Made by a program: the position numbers and the translations under genes | Shown here: positions 1 to 8,992 of the stretch, in pieces | Layout of the letters: the number at the start of each line of letters is the position of its first letter | Position numbering within the stretch: the first letter of the stretch is position 1 | From: Nannocystales bacterium | GTDB lineage: Bacteria; Myxococcota_A; Polyangia; Nannocystales; Nannocystaceae | DNA: 64,000 bases | Direction of reading: 5' to 3' | Assembly (NCBI GenBank): GCA_050633305.1 | Contig: JBOEGF010000018.1 | Coordinates: 320,001-384,000, forward strand | Notes under the pieces: model-generated | What the model saw: only the letters and a program-made list of their open reading frames with translations | Database searches by the model: none | What the model was told of the DNA's origin: nothing

Positions 1-1425
1 TTGTCGGCTCCCCCCAATCCGGGCGCGCGAGCGGGCGGTACGTTGGACGGGATCACCAGCCAGCTCAGGAACGGGACGTTCGACGCGTTGCCGATCACGA
101 CGCTGTGGCTGAGCCCTGTGTATCTCAACCCCGACGAAGCTCGGGCGGGGACGGACGGCCAAGTCTACGAGGGCTACCACGGGTACTGGCCGGTGGACTC
201 GCGTGGGGTTGATCCCCGCATCGGAGGTGAGGCGGCGTTGCATGAGCTGGTCTCGGAGGCCCATGCGCGCGGGATTCGGGTGTTGTTGGACATCGTTCCC
301 AACCACGTCTACGAGACCAACCCGCGCTACGCCGACTACCTTGCGATCGACGCCGTGCATCAGCGGGATCCGTTGTGCGTCTGCGGCCAACCGGACTGCC
401 CGTGGGACCAGAACATCCGCTCCTGCTGGTTCGTACCCTACCTACCCGACCTCCGATTCGAGGCCCCTGGAGTGCTCGACTTGGCGGTCGAGGACGCCTT
501 GTGGTGGCAGGAGACGTTCGACCTCGATGGATTCCGGGTCGACGCCGTCCCGATGATGCCCCGGGCCGTGACACGCCGAATCGCGTCCGGGGTGCGGGCC
601 CAAGTCCTCAACACCGGGGCGAGCTTCTCCTTGGGCGAGATCTTCACGGGGCCCGGCAGCGCGGGCACCGAGGTCCTCCGCTACTACCTGGGGCCGGACG
701 CTCTCGATAGCGCCTTCGACTTCCCGCTGATGTGGGCGCTGCGGGATGCGCTGGCGACGAACGGGCCCGGGTTCGACGCAGTGGAGGCAAGCCTGCAACA
801 CACCGAGAGCGCGGTCGCGGGGTCGGGGGCCACGCTCGGGGTGATGATCGGAAACCACGACGTCACCCGCTTTCTCTCGGAGGTCGTAGGGGATGCGGGG
901 GTCGATCCGTGGGGAGATGTTCCGCCCGTCCAGCCCTCGGACGCAGAACCCTATGTTCGGCAGGCGCTCGCCCTGGGACTCGTCCTCACCCTTCGTGGCG
1001 CGCCGGTCCTCTACTATGGCGACGAGGTCGGCTTGGCCGGAGGACGGGATCCGGACAACCGTCGCGTGATGCCGCTCCAGAGCGAACTCCGAGGCAACCA
1101 GCAGCAGCTTCTGGAAGTCACACAGCGGCTGGTCCAAGCGCGCCGATGCTTGCCGGCGCTTCGACGGGGTGATCGGGTTCCGCTCCACGCTTCGGCCGAC
1201 ACGTGGGCGTTCATGCGTGATGCTGGCGATGCTGGGCCAGTCGTCGTGGTCGCACATCGCGGCGACGAGCCACAGGCCCTGGAGGTCAGCGCCCAGATCT
1301 ACCCGGGCGCGTACCGAGACCTCGTCTCCGGCGAGCACGTGGTGCTGGAGCGCGGCGAGGATTTGGACTTGGAGCCCTGGTCTCTGCGCGTCTTGGTGCC
1401 GGCGGCTCACGCGTGCGCGCTGTGA
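1..1425 (+). CDS. GH13 alpha-amylase family glycosidase (5'-truncated at window edge)
   Basis: YHGYW, DIVPNH, catalytic DGFRVDAV, GEIF and GNHD motifs. Confidence 0.9.
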   Translation: MSAPPNPGARAGGTLDGITSQLRNGTFDALPITTLWLSPVYLNPDEARAGTDGQVYEGYHGYWPVDSRGVDPRIGGEAALHELVSEAHARGIRVLLDIVPNHVYETNPRYADYLAIDAVHQRDPLCVCGQPDCPWDQNIRSCWFVPYLPDLRFEAPGVLDLAVEDALWWQETFDLDGFRVDAVPMMPRAVTRRIASGVRAQVLNTGASFSLGEIFTGPGSAGTEVLRYYLGPDALDSAFDFPLMWALRDALATNGPGFDAVEASLQHTESAVAGSGATLGVMIGNHDVTRFLSEVVGDAGVDPWGDVPPVQPSDAEPYVRQALALGLVLTLRGAPVLYYGDEVGLAGGRDPDNRRVMPLQSELRGNQQQLLEVTQRLVQARRCLPALRRGDRVPLHASADTWAFMRDAGDAGPVVVVAHRGDEPQALEVSAQIYPGAYRDLVSGEHVVLERGEDLDLEPWSLRVLVPAAHACAL

Positions 1426-1454
1426 CGCCTCCGCGTGGTATATCGACTCCCGAG

Positions 1455-3449
1455 ATGAAAGCGTTCAGAGGCCTGCTCGCGTTGTCTGTGGGCGTCGTCG
1501 CGGCTTGCGGCAACGACGGTCTCGAGTCCGACCCCGATCTCCAACCCCCCGCGGGGACCGAGGCGTACGACCCTTCGGATGGTCAGGGCGAGGGCGGTGG
1601 GGGCTACTACAGCACCTCCGGCCCGGATACCGGGGAAGGTGGAGACGAGTCCGGTGGGGCCCTCGGGTGCGAAGAGGACAACCGCCGTTGCTCTTACACC
1701 TTCGAGTTCCCCGACGAAGGCTACGGGACCGTCGAGGTGATGGGCAGCTTCGCCTCTGACGGCTGGGAGAACGGGGTCCCGATGGCGCTCGAGGACGGTG
1801 TCTGGCGAGCGAGTCTGGGCGTCTCTTGGGGCGAGGACACCGAGTACCGCTTTCGTGTCGATGGCAGCGAGGACTGGGTCTTGGATCCGGGCAACGAGGA
1901 CACGATCAACGACAACTCGCTGCTGCAGGCCTCGATGTGCGAGGAGTTCTCGTGCGAGCCCATCGCGCTCGGCGACTTCGACTGGCGGGATGCAGTCATC
2001 TACTTCGTCTTCGTCGATCGTTTCCTCAACGCGGATCCGAGCAACGATGGTGGCGTCGGGGTGCCCTCCGCCAGCGATTGGCAGGGGGGCGACTGGGCTG
2101 GCGTCACGCAGCGCATCGAGGAAGGCTACTTCGAAGACCTGGGCGTGAACGTCCTGTGGCTGTCCGTCCCGATGGACAACACCGACGGGAGCGGGCCCGG
2201 AACCGACGGCCGCGACTACTCGGCCTACCACGGCTACTGGCCGACGGACCTCAACGCCACTGAGGAACACTTCGGCACGCTCGCCGAGCTCCAGCAGCTG
2301 ATCGACACCGCGCACGAGCACGAACTCAAGGTGCTCTTCGACTACGCGATGAACCATGTGCACGACGACTCGCCCGTGTACGCCGAGCATCCAGACTGGT
2401 TCTGGCCGAACGACAACGGGGCCGGTGGGGACTGCGTCTGTGGGTCGGGCTGCGGTTGGGATGACGCGCAGGGGCGCCGTTGCTGGTTCACCGAGTACCT
2501 GCCGGACTTCGACTTCTCCCAGGCTGCCGCCCGCGACTTCTCGGTGGGCAATGCGCTGCAGTGGATCGAGGACACCGGCGTCGACGGTTTCCGGCTCGAT
2601 GCGGTCAAACACATCGAAGACGAGTGGCTTCTCGAGCTGCGATCCCGGGTGCGTGACGAGGTCGAACCCGAGACCGGGCAGCACTTCTACATGGTCGGCG
2701 AGACCTTCACGGGCAACGTCGACACGATCGCCTACTACGTCAACGACGACATGCTCGATGGGCAGTTCGACTTCCCTTTGCGCATGGAGATGGCGCGGAC
2801 CGTGCTGATGCGGCAGGGCTCGATGAGCGATCTCGCCGGCTTCATGGATGCCAACGACGACCGCTACGGCGCGGGCATCATGAGCACGTTCATCGGTAAC
2901 CACGACATTCCGCGTTGCATCCACTTGGCCGAAGACGCCCCGCTGTGGGACGACCCTTGGGCAGGTGGCAAGGACCGTGCGTGGGAAAATCTTCCGGGTC
3001 TGCCTTCCGCGGGCTCAGCGTTCGAGCGACTGGGCAACGCGTTCACCATCCTCATGACGACCCCCGGAGCGCCACTCATCTACTATGGGGATGAGGTCGG
3101 ACTCGCAGGGGCCGGTGACCCCGACAACCGACGCTTCATGCAGTGGGAGGGCTACTCCGCTGGGCAAGAGTCGCTTCTGGGGCACATCTCCGCGCTCACG
3201 GCGTTCCGTGCGGACCACCCCGCAACGCGTCGGGGGACCCGGCAAACCCTCGCCGCCGACGCGGACACGTTCACCTACTCGATGACGTTCGGTGGCGACG
3301 AGGTCTTTGTGGTCCTCAACCGCGCCGACAGCTCCCGAAGCGCGTCGGGGCTGCCCGAAGTCGAACTCACCGACGCGCTCAGCGGCGCATCCGTCTCGGG
3401 CCCCACGGTCGAGGTCGGGGCGCGCTCGGCCCTGGTTCTCAGCCGCTGA
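1455..3449 (+). CDS. GH13 alpha-amylase family lipoprotein with CBM48-like N-terminal domain
   Basis: Lipobox VVAAC; EVMGSF..W..YRFRVDG..W CBM48-like segment; FVDRF, GGDWAG, YHGYW, DGFRLDAVKH, GETF, GNHD. Confidence 0.9.
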   Translation: MKAFRGLLALSVGVVAACGNDGLESDPDLQPPAGTEAYDPSDGQGEGGGGYYSTSGPDTGEGGDESGGALGCEEDNRRCSYTFEFPDEGYGTVEVMGSFASDGWENGVPMALEDGVWRASLGVSWGEDTEYRFRVDGSEDWVLDPGNEDTINDNSLLQASMCEEFSCEPIALGDFDWRDAVIYFVFVDRFLNADPSNDGGVGVPSASDWQGGDWAGVTQRIEEGYFEDLGVNVLWLSVPMDNTDGSGPGTDGRDYSAYHGYWPTDLNATEEHFGTLAELQQLIDTAHEHELKVLFDYAMNHVHDDSPVYAEHPDWFWPNDNGAGGDCVCGSGCGWDDAQGRRCWFTEYLPDFDFSQAAARDFSVGNALQWIEDTGVDGFRLDAVKHIEDEWLLELRSRVRDEVEPETGQHFYMVGETFTGNVDTIAYYVNDDMLDGQFDFPLRMEMARTVLMRQGSMSDLAGFMDANDDRYGAGIMSTFIGNHDIPRCIHLAEDAPLWDDPWAGGKDRAWENLPGLPSAGSAFERLGNAFTILMTTPGAPLIYYGDEVGLAGAGDPDNRRFMQWEGYSAGQESLLGHISALTAFRADHPATRRGTRQTLAADADTFTYSMTFGGDEVFVVLNRADSSRSASGLPEVELTDALSGASVSGPTVEVGARSALVLSR

Positions 3450-3498
3450 GCCTTCGGGCGCGGCTATTCGGTGGCCTCAGCGGCTACCTCAGCGGCTA
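3441..3498. terminator. Hairpin between convergent genes with a 12-bp tandem duplication
   Basis: agccgctgag (3441-3450) is the reverse complement of ctcagcggct (3476-3485 and 3488-3497); cctcagcggcta occurs twice in tandem. Confidence 0.45.
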
Positions 3499-4481
3499 CC
3501 GTAGTTGTGCTCGGTCCGCTCCTCGTTGCGGTCCGTCGCCACGGCGGGCGGCGTGGAGAGGGTATCGAGCCGTCGCTTGAGCTCGGCATCGAGCGAGTAG
3601 TCGGCCGCGCGCAGGGCGGGCTCGATCTGCTCGACCGAGCGTCCTCCGATCAGCGGCGCTGTGACGGCGGGGTTGGCCCGAACCCACGCGATGGCGAGCG
3701 TGACCGGGTGGACACCTGCTTCGCTCGCAAGGTCGGTCAGGCCCTGGGCGATGTCGTAGTTCGTCTTCGCGGCGTAGCGGGTCACGTACATCGGATTGTC
3801 GATGAGTCGGCCGGAGTCGGGCCGCGTGTTCCGGCCGTACTTCCCCGTCAGCAAGCCACCTCCCAGCGGCGAGTACGGGAGCACTCCCAGGCCTTCCGCA
3901 GCGGCCATCGGAAGCAGCTCTGACTCGGCCTGTCGTTTCGCGAGGTTGTACATGGGCTGAATGCAGGTCAGAGGGGCCCAGCCGTTTGAACGCGCCACGC
4001 CGACCGCTTTCATCGTTTGCCACGCGGCGAAGTTGGAGGCGGCCGGGTAGAGGATCTTCCCGGACTGGACCAACATCTCGACGCCGCGCAACGTCTCCTC
4101 GATATCGGTTGCCTCATCCCAGCGATGCAAGAAGAAGACATCGATGCGGTCCGTCTTGAGCCGCTCGAGGCTGGCTTCGACGGCGCGGACAAGATGGTAG
4201 CGGGACGACCCACGCGCGTTGGGGGTCTTGCGGACCGGGAAGTAGGCCTTGGTCGTGAGGACGATGTCGTCGCGGCAGCTTCGGAGCAGAGTGCCGAGAA
4301 TCGATTCGGAACGGCCCCCGTTGTAGACGTCAGCGCAGTCGAACAGATTGACCCCAGCGTCGAGGCACAACCGGAAGATCGCCTCGCTGGTGTCCGAGTC
4401 GGCGTCCCCACCAAAGGCCATCGTTCCCAGCGCAACCGCTGACACCCGGACGCCCGTTGTTCCCAGAAACCCGTACTGCAT
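3489..4481 (-). CDS. Aldo/keto reductase
   Basis: LGTMAFG, FDCADVY, SLERLKTDRID, QPMYNL, PYSPLGGGLLTGKY. Confidence 0.93.
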   Translation of the reverse strand: MQYGFLGTTGVRVSAVALGTMAFGGDADSDTSEAIFRLCLDAGVNLFDCADVYNGGRSESILGTLLRSCRDDIVLTTKAYFPVRKTPNARGSSRYHLVRAVEASLERLKTDRIDVFFLHRWDEATDIEETLRGVEMLVQSGKILYPAASNFAAWQTMKAVGVARSNGWAPLTCIQPMYNLAKRQAESELLPMAAAEGLGVLPYSPLGGGLLTGKYGRNTRPDSGRLIDNPMYVTRYAAKTNYDIAQGLTDLASEAGVHPVTLAIAWVRANPAVTAPLIGGRSVEQIEPALRAADYSLDAELKRRLDTLSTPPAVATDRNEERTEHNYGSR

Positions 4482-4554
4482 GGCGGGGTTTTAGCGCCGT
4501 GCGTCCCAAGACGGAACCTCGAGAATTGCCGCTGGCGGCCGATGCAGGAGTTTC

Positions 4555-4836
4555 ATGTCGGAGCGTGCCTCGGAAGACCGCCCTCTCGCGATCGCCGCAA
4601 ACGGGGGGGACCTGCCGGAACAGGTGGATGCAGTCGAGCGGGAGCTGCGGCTCGTGCACGCGAAGCTGGACCAGATCCTGTGTTCGGTCGAGTCTCTCGC
4701 GCGCAGCCCCTCGATGGAGCACGCCGTTGCGGCGACCCTTCGCGAAGCGGTGGAGCCCGCTGCCGAGGCGATTCACGCGGGCGCGGGCTTGCTGCTGGAA
4801 CGTGTCCGAGCATCCCGCGTCGCCAGCGGCTGGTAG
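4555..4836 (+). CDS. Small hypothetical protein (possible coiled coil)
   Basis: 93-aa ORF, AGGAG upstream, GC3-rich codons. Confidence 0.55.
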   Translation: MSERASEDRPLAIAANGGDLPEQVDAVERELRLVHAKLDQILCSVESLARSPSMEHAVAATLREAVEPAAEAIHAGAGLLLERVRASRVASGW

Positions 4837-4860
4837 CTCCAGCGGTCTTCGTCGGGTCCG

Positions 4861-4923
4861 AAAACAAAAAAAACCGGCCGCGGCTCTTCGTACGGTGGTG
4901 AGCTGTACGAGAACCGAGGCCGG
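4861..4923 (-). terminator. Intrinsic terminator on the minus strand
   Basis: Long imperfect stem ccggcc..cgtac/gtacg..ggccgg (4874-4923) followed on the minus strand by an 8-U tract. Confidence 0.7.
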
Positions 4924-5098
4924 CGGTGTTCGGCGTTCATCGCGAACCCGTCCGCCTCAACGTTCCAACCTTCGTGTCTACATGTCTGCAGACGACAAGG
5001 TCGGGGGTGGGGTGGGGTGGGGTGCTAGGACGGCCGGGTTGAGACTCGATGTAGAAAGGGGGACTGACTTGTTCGGTGTCTCTTCGCGGTGGTGTCGC
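4861..5098 (-). ncRNA. Candidate structured sRNA (three stem-loops, C-rich segments)
   Basis: Orphan minus-strand terminator; stems 5041-5082 and 4945-5040; no credible ORF; 5' end estimated. Confidence 0.5.
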
Positions 5099-5243
5099 CG
5101 GACGCTGCTCCCGTCGCCGTGCCAGCGACTGAGCGCACCATTAGTGGAACTGGGGACCGAACCGATCACGAAAAGTGCTCCGTTTGAGGAGAAAACCTTG
5201 AGGGCGAGTCCAGCCCGCGAACCTTGTATGATCTCGGCTCCGG

Positions 5244-5969
5244 TTGATGACCTCGCAACGCCCTCCTCAGGCCCCGTCCGACCTCGCTGCGCAGCTCCGT
5301 GCGACCGCGCATGAGCCGGACGACGATGTGGCCTCGGCTCTGCGAGCTCGGTTGCGGCACAAAATGTTCGGTCGTGGCCAGCGTCCAGCTCCCAGTGCGC
5401 CCCTGGACGCCGCGGACCCGCAGGTCGAGTCGCCGTCCTCTCTACTGCTCGGATGGAGCGTCCCGACGGTTGCAGTCGTCGCCCTGGTCGGCATGTCGTT
5501 GTGGCTCTACCGCGCGCGAACCGAGGAGACCCCAGCACCGGCGCCCGAGGAGCCCGCGGTCTTACGCGCTCACGTGTCGGCTCCCCAGGCCGAGGCCGAG
5601 GCTCCCTTGGAGCCCGATCCTGGGCCTGGCTTGCTCGAGGCAGCTGCGCTCGAACCCGATCTGGCGAGGCGGTCGTTCGCGACCTCGGCGGCGGTTCGGG
5701 CAGCCTGGGCGGAGCCCTCCGCACCTCGCCGACTGGAGGCGACAGTGGGACTCGCGGATCAGTTGCGGGGAGAAGGGGAGCCCTTGCGGGCGCTCGAGGT
5801 GGTGCGCGCCGTCCTCGACGACCTGGAACTGCAACCTCACGCGAAGCCGGCTCGCGCAGTCTTGCTGGAGAGCTTGGCGCGGGCCTATGAAGACCTCGGT
5901 CGCGAGCCTGCAGCCACGGCCGCCCGCGCGGAGGCCAGGCGTCTGACTCCGTCCGATGGGGCACGCTGA
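5244..5969 (+). CDS. Single-pass membrane protein with C-terminal TPR-like helices; possible anti-sigma partner
   Basis: TM segment VPTVAVVALVGMSLWLY; overlaps the start of the ECF sigma gene. Confidence 0.65.
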   Translation: MMTSQRPPQAPSDLAAQLRATAHEPDDDVASALRARLRHKMFGRGQRPAPSAPLDAADPQVESPSSLLLGWSVPTVAVVALVGMSLWLYRARTEETPAPAPEEPAVLRAHVSAPQAEAEAPLEPDPGPGLLEAAALEPDLARRSFATSAAVRAAWAEPSAPRRLEATVGLADQLRGEGEPLRALEVVRAVLDDLELQPHAKPARAVLLESLARAYEDLGREPAATAARAEARRLTPSDGAR

Positions 5970-6618
5970 TACAGTGCCCGCGGTGAGCGATGGCCGGGAC
6001 GATGTCGAGTTGCTCGAGCGCTGGCGCGACGGGGACTTGGGCGCGGGCGATAAGCTGTTCAATCGCCACTTTTCTAGCGTGCACCGGTTCTTCCGGAACA
6101 AAGTGAACGAGGGGGCGCTCGAAGACCTGGTTCAGCAGACGTTCATGGCGAGCGTGGAGGGCCGGGAGCGCTTTCGCAGCGACTCGACGTTTCGCACGTA
6201 CCTGTTTGGTGTCGCACACAACCTGCTGCGCGACCACTACCGCCGGCAACGCAAGGTCGAGGTGCTCGACTTTGCGGAGGCCTCGGTTGAAGACGTGGGG
6301 TTCGGTCCGAACACGCTGCTGGGTCGCCAGCAGGAGCAGCGGTTGTTGCTCGAGGCGTTGCGCCGGATCCCGATCGACTGCCAGATCGTTCTCGAACTGT
6401 ACTACTGGGAGGAGCTATCGGCTTCGCAGACCGCCGCGGTACTCGGGATCCCCGAAGGGACCGTGCGCGGGCGGGTCCGCAAAGCGAAGGCGCTGCTCAA
6501 GAAGAAGCTGACCGTGTTGGCGCGCTCCCCCAGTGATCTCGAGTCCACGGTGCAGAACCTCGAAGGGTGGGCGGCCTCGCTCCGTGAGGCTCTCGCCGCG
6601 TCGACGCGCAGTCACTGA
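5956..6618 (+). CDS. ECF RNA polymerase sigma-70 factor
   Basis: Region 2 EDLVQQTF..FRTYLFGVAHN; region 4 LELYYWEELS..LGIPEGTVRGRVRKA. Confidence 0.92.
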   Translation: MGHADTVPAVSDGRDDVELLERWRDGDLGAGDKLFNRHFSSVHRFFRNKVNEGALEDLVQQTFMASVEGRERFRSDSTFRTYLFGVAHNLLRDHYRRQRKVEVLDFAEASVEDVGFGPNTLLGRQQEQRLLLEALRRIPIDCQIVLELYYWEELSASQTAAVLGIPEGTVRGRVRKAKALLKKKLTVLARSPSDLESTVQNLEGWAASLREALAASTRSH

Positions 6619-6654
6619 CGCGACGAGCACCCCCGCAGATCCGGTTCCCAGAAC

Positions 6655-7269
6655 CTACTCGCAGGCGCTGCATGCTTCAGAGGCGGCCTCGCACTGCGCA
6701 CCGGCGCGGTCGCATGCGTCCTCGTATCGGACGTCGTCGACGTGTTCGTCCGCGAGCCCACAGATCCGGTCGGCCAAGGTGCACGTGGCCTCGGCCAGGT
6801 CGCAGACCCGCTCACAGCGGGTTTTCTTGCCGCGTTGCTTTCGCTTTGTAGCCCGTCGTCGGGAGCGGGTGGTCTCCGCCGCGAACTCTCGTTCGGAAGC
6901 TCCCGCGACGGTCGCCTCCTCCTCGTCTGCCATGGCCGGCTCCGGCTCTGGAGCTGGCTCAGCAGGCGGCGTTGCGGGAGCCGGGGCGGAGGTGTCGTCG
7001 GAGGCCTCGTCGTCGTCTGGGGCTTGGGGACCGTCAGCTTTGTCGGCGCGAGACTCGGTGACCCGGGCCAGCCGCACACCCTGTGCTTCGAGACGCTCCG
7101 CGTTCACCGCGAGCTCGGACTCGATCGCGACGATGTCGTCGAGCTGGGCCGCAGGAGACTCTGCCGCGGCCGTTCCCGAAGCCGCCTTACAGCCTCCAAC
7201 GGAGAGCACAAGGGCTCCGAGGGCAAGAAACCTCCGGGGATCACGGGCGGGGCGAGTTGAAGCACGCAT
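6655..7269 (-). CDS. Hypothetical lipoprotein with Cys-rich C-terminus
   Basis: Lipobox SVGGC; CERVCDLAEATC..IC..C..C..ACSAC pattern. Confidence 0.75.
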   Translation of the reverse strand: MRASTRPARDPRRFLALGALVLSVGGCKAASGTAAAESPAAQLDDIVAIESELAVNAERLEAQGVRLARVTESRADKADGPQAPDDDEASDDTSAPAPATPPAEPAPEPEPAMADEEEATVAGASEREFAAETTRSRRRATKRKQRGKKTRCERVCDLAEATCTLADRICGLADEHVDDVRYEDACDRAGAQCEAASEACSACE

Positions 7270-7366
7270 GCCTGGCTGCAGAATCGACTGCATCACGTCT
7301 GAGATCAACCGCATGGCAGGAGCGGAACGGCTCCGCGGCATCGGTGCTTACAGGTACCATCGCCCG

Positions 7367-7816
7367 GTGTCGCCAGAGGGCCACAGCGTTCGAATCGTGG
7401 TGATCGTGCTCGTCCGACGGGGGCACCGCTATCTGATGGTGCGCGACGACAAGCGCGGGGGGACCTGGTACCCGCCCGCGGGCATTCTCCAGCGCGGGGA
7501 GGATGTGACGGCGGCAGCCAACCGCGTCGTCCAGCGGGCCAGCGGTTGTACGCCGCTGTTGGAAGGAATCGTTCGGATCTCCCACATGCCGTTGCTCCCC
7601 GGCAACGAGCTGGGACGACTCCGCTTTGTGCTCGAAGCCCACCTCTCGACGGAGGCGCTCTCCGAGACCACCGCGAAGGCGCCCGCGTCGTACCTCCTGC
7701 CCTCGGAGATCCGGGGGCTCGAGCTGCGCGACGACTCCGTCGCTTCGCTCATTGCGGAGCACGCCCGCGGCATGCCAACGACGTCGCTGGACGTCTATCG
7801 CTTGGGCCTGGTGTGA
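7367..7816 (+). CDS. NUDIX-fold protein with degenerate Nudix box
   Basis: WYPPAGILQRGEDVTAAANRVVQRASG; the catalytic REUxEE glutamates are absent. Confidence 0.7.
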   Translation: MSPEGHSVRIVVIVLVRRGHRYLMVRDDKRGGTWYPPAGILQRGEDVTAAANRVVQRASGCTPLLEGIVRISHMPLLPGNELGRLRFVLEAHLSTEALSETTAKAPASYLLPSEIRGLELRDDSVASLIAEHARGMPTTSLDVYRLGLV

Positions 7817-7830
7817 CCTCGGGTGGCCGC

Positions 7831-8931
7831 TCAGGCCACCAACCCGCGACCTGCGAAGGTCTCGCGCATGCGATTCAGCGCCGTGACCTGAATCTGCCGG
7901 ATGCGCTCCCGTGAAAGGTCGTGAAGCTTGCCGACCTCCCGGAGTGTCATCGGTGCGCTGCCGTCCAGGCCAAAGCGTTGTCGAATGATCTCCTGTTGCA
8001 TGACGGGGAGCGAGCCGACCGCCTCGCGAAGCCCATCCGACCAGGCCGTCGCGTCGAGGGCCTCCTCGTACTCGGGGCAGGGGATCGGAAGCTCCTCGAC
8101 GAGGACCGGTTGGCTCGTCTTCGTGGTCGGGTCGTGCGCGATGGCGCGGGTGTACTCGACCGCGAGGAGCCGGCGAACGCGCTCCACGGTGAAGCCGGTG
8201 CACTCGGCAAGTTCCTCCGGGGTTGCCGGTCGGCCCTGCTGCGACTCGAACTGGACCCGAGCGCGCACCAGGGTTTGCTGGCGCTCAGCCACGTGCACGG
8301 GCAGCCGAATCTCTCGGCCTCGATCCGAGAGGGCTCGCCCGATCGCGTGGCGAATCCACCACACCGCGTAGGTCGAGAAGCGGAACCCACGGTCGGGGTC
8401 AAAGCGGTCCACGGCCTTGAGGAGCCCGGTGTTTCCTTCTTGGATGAGGTCCGAGAACGAGAACAGCCTTCGCTCGTAACGGCGAGCGATGCTGACGACG
8501 AGACCCAGGTTGGCCGCGACGAACTGATCTCGCAGCTGTCGTGCACGGTTGATGCTGGCCTGCAGCTCCATGCCGTTGACTCCGCATTCGGGGTGCGTGT
8601 GCACCCAGGCGGTGAGCCGCCGCGCGACTTCGCAGTCACGGTCAGCGGCGACCAGGGCGTCGCGCACACTTTGCGGCCACTGATCGCCACGTTTGCGAAG
8701 TGGTGGAGCTTTGTCGCCCAGGACCGCCTTGATTTCTTTTCGTAGGACCTTGTCGGGTGCCTGAAGGAGACATGTCCAGATGCTCGCCTTCGCACCAGTT
8801 AGCCGCCGCGCGAGGTCGAGCTCTTCGTCGGCTGACAGTCGCTGGGTCGACGACATGTCGTCGAAGTAGGCATCCAGGGGGCGGTCTTGATTGCGGCTCC
8901 GCGGTACTTCCCGCGCGTAACTTTCGGGCAT
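7831..8931 (-). CDS. Sigma-70 factor, RpoD/RpoS-like, no region 1.1
   Basis: ANLGLVVSIARRY, DLIQEGNTGLLKAVDRFDPDRGFRFSTYAVWWIR, TLREVG..LSRERIRQI. Confidence 0.93.
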   Translation of the reverse strand: MPESYAREVPRSRNQDRPLDAYFDDMSSTQRLSADEELDLARRLTGAKASIWTCLLQAPDKVLRKEIKAVLGDKAPPLRKRGDQWPQSVRDALVAADRDCEVARRLTAWVHTHPECGVNGMELQASINRARQLRDQFVAANLGLVVSIARRYERRLFSFSDLIQEGNTGLLKAVDRFDPDRGFRFSTYAVWWIRHAIGRALSDRGREIRLPVHVAERQQTLVRARVQFESQQGRPATPEELAECTGFTVERVRRLLAVEYTRAIAHDPTTKTSQPVLVEELPIPCPEYEEALDATAWSDGLREAVGSLPVMQQEIIRQRFGLDGSAPMTLREVGKLHDLSRERIRQIQVTALNRMRETFAGRGLVA

Positions 8932-8992
8932 CAGTTGTCCTCCTCACAGAAGCTATTTCGTGAGGGGGGCGGTGCTCGCGAAAGAATTGCAG

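Noticed and set aside
4985..4994. Palindrome gtctgcagac shared with 42126-42135
   Set aside because: Only 10 bp and in different relative positions in the two sRNA candidates; may be chance.
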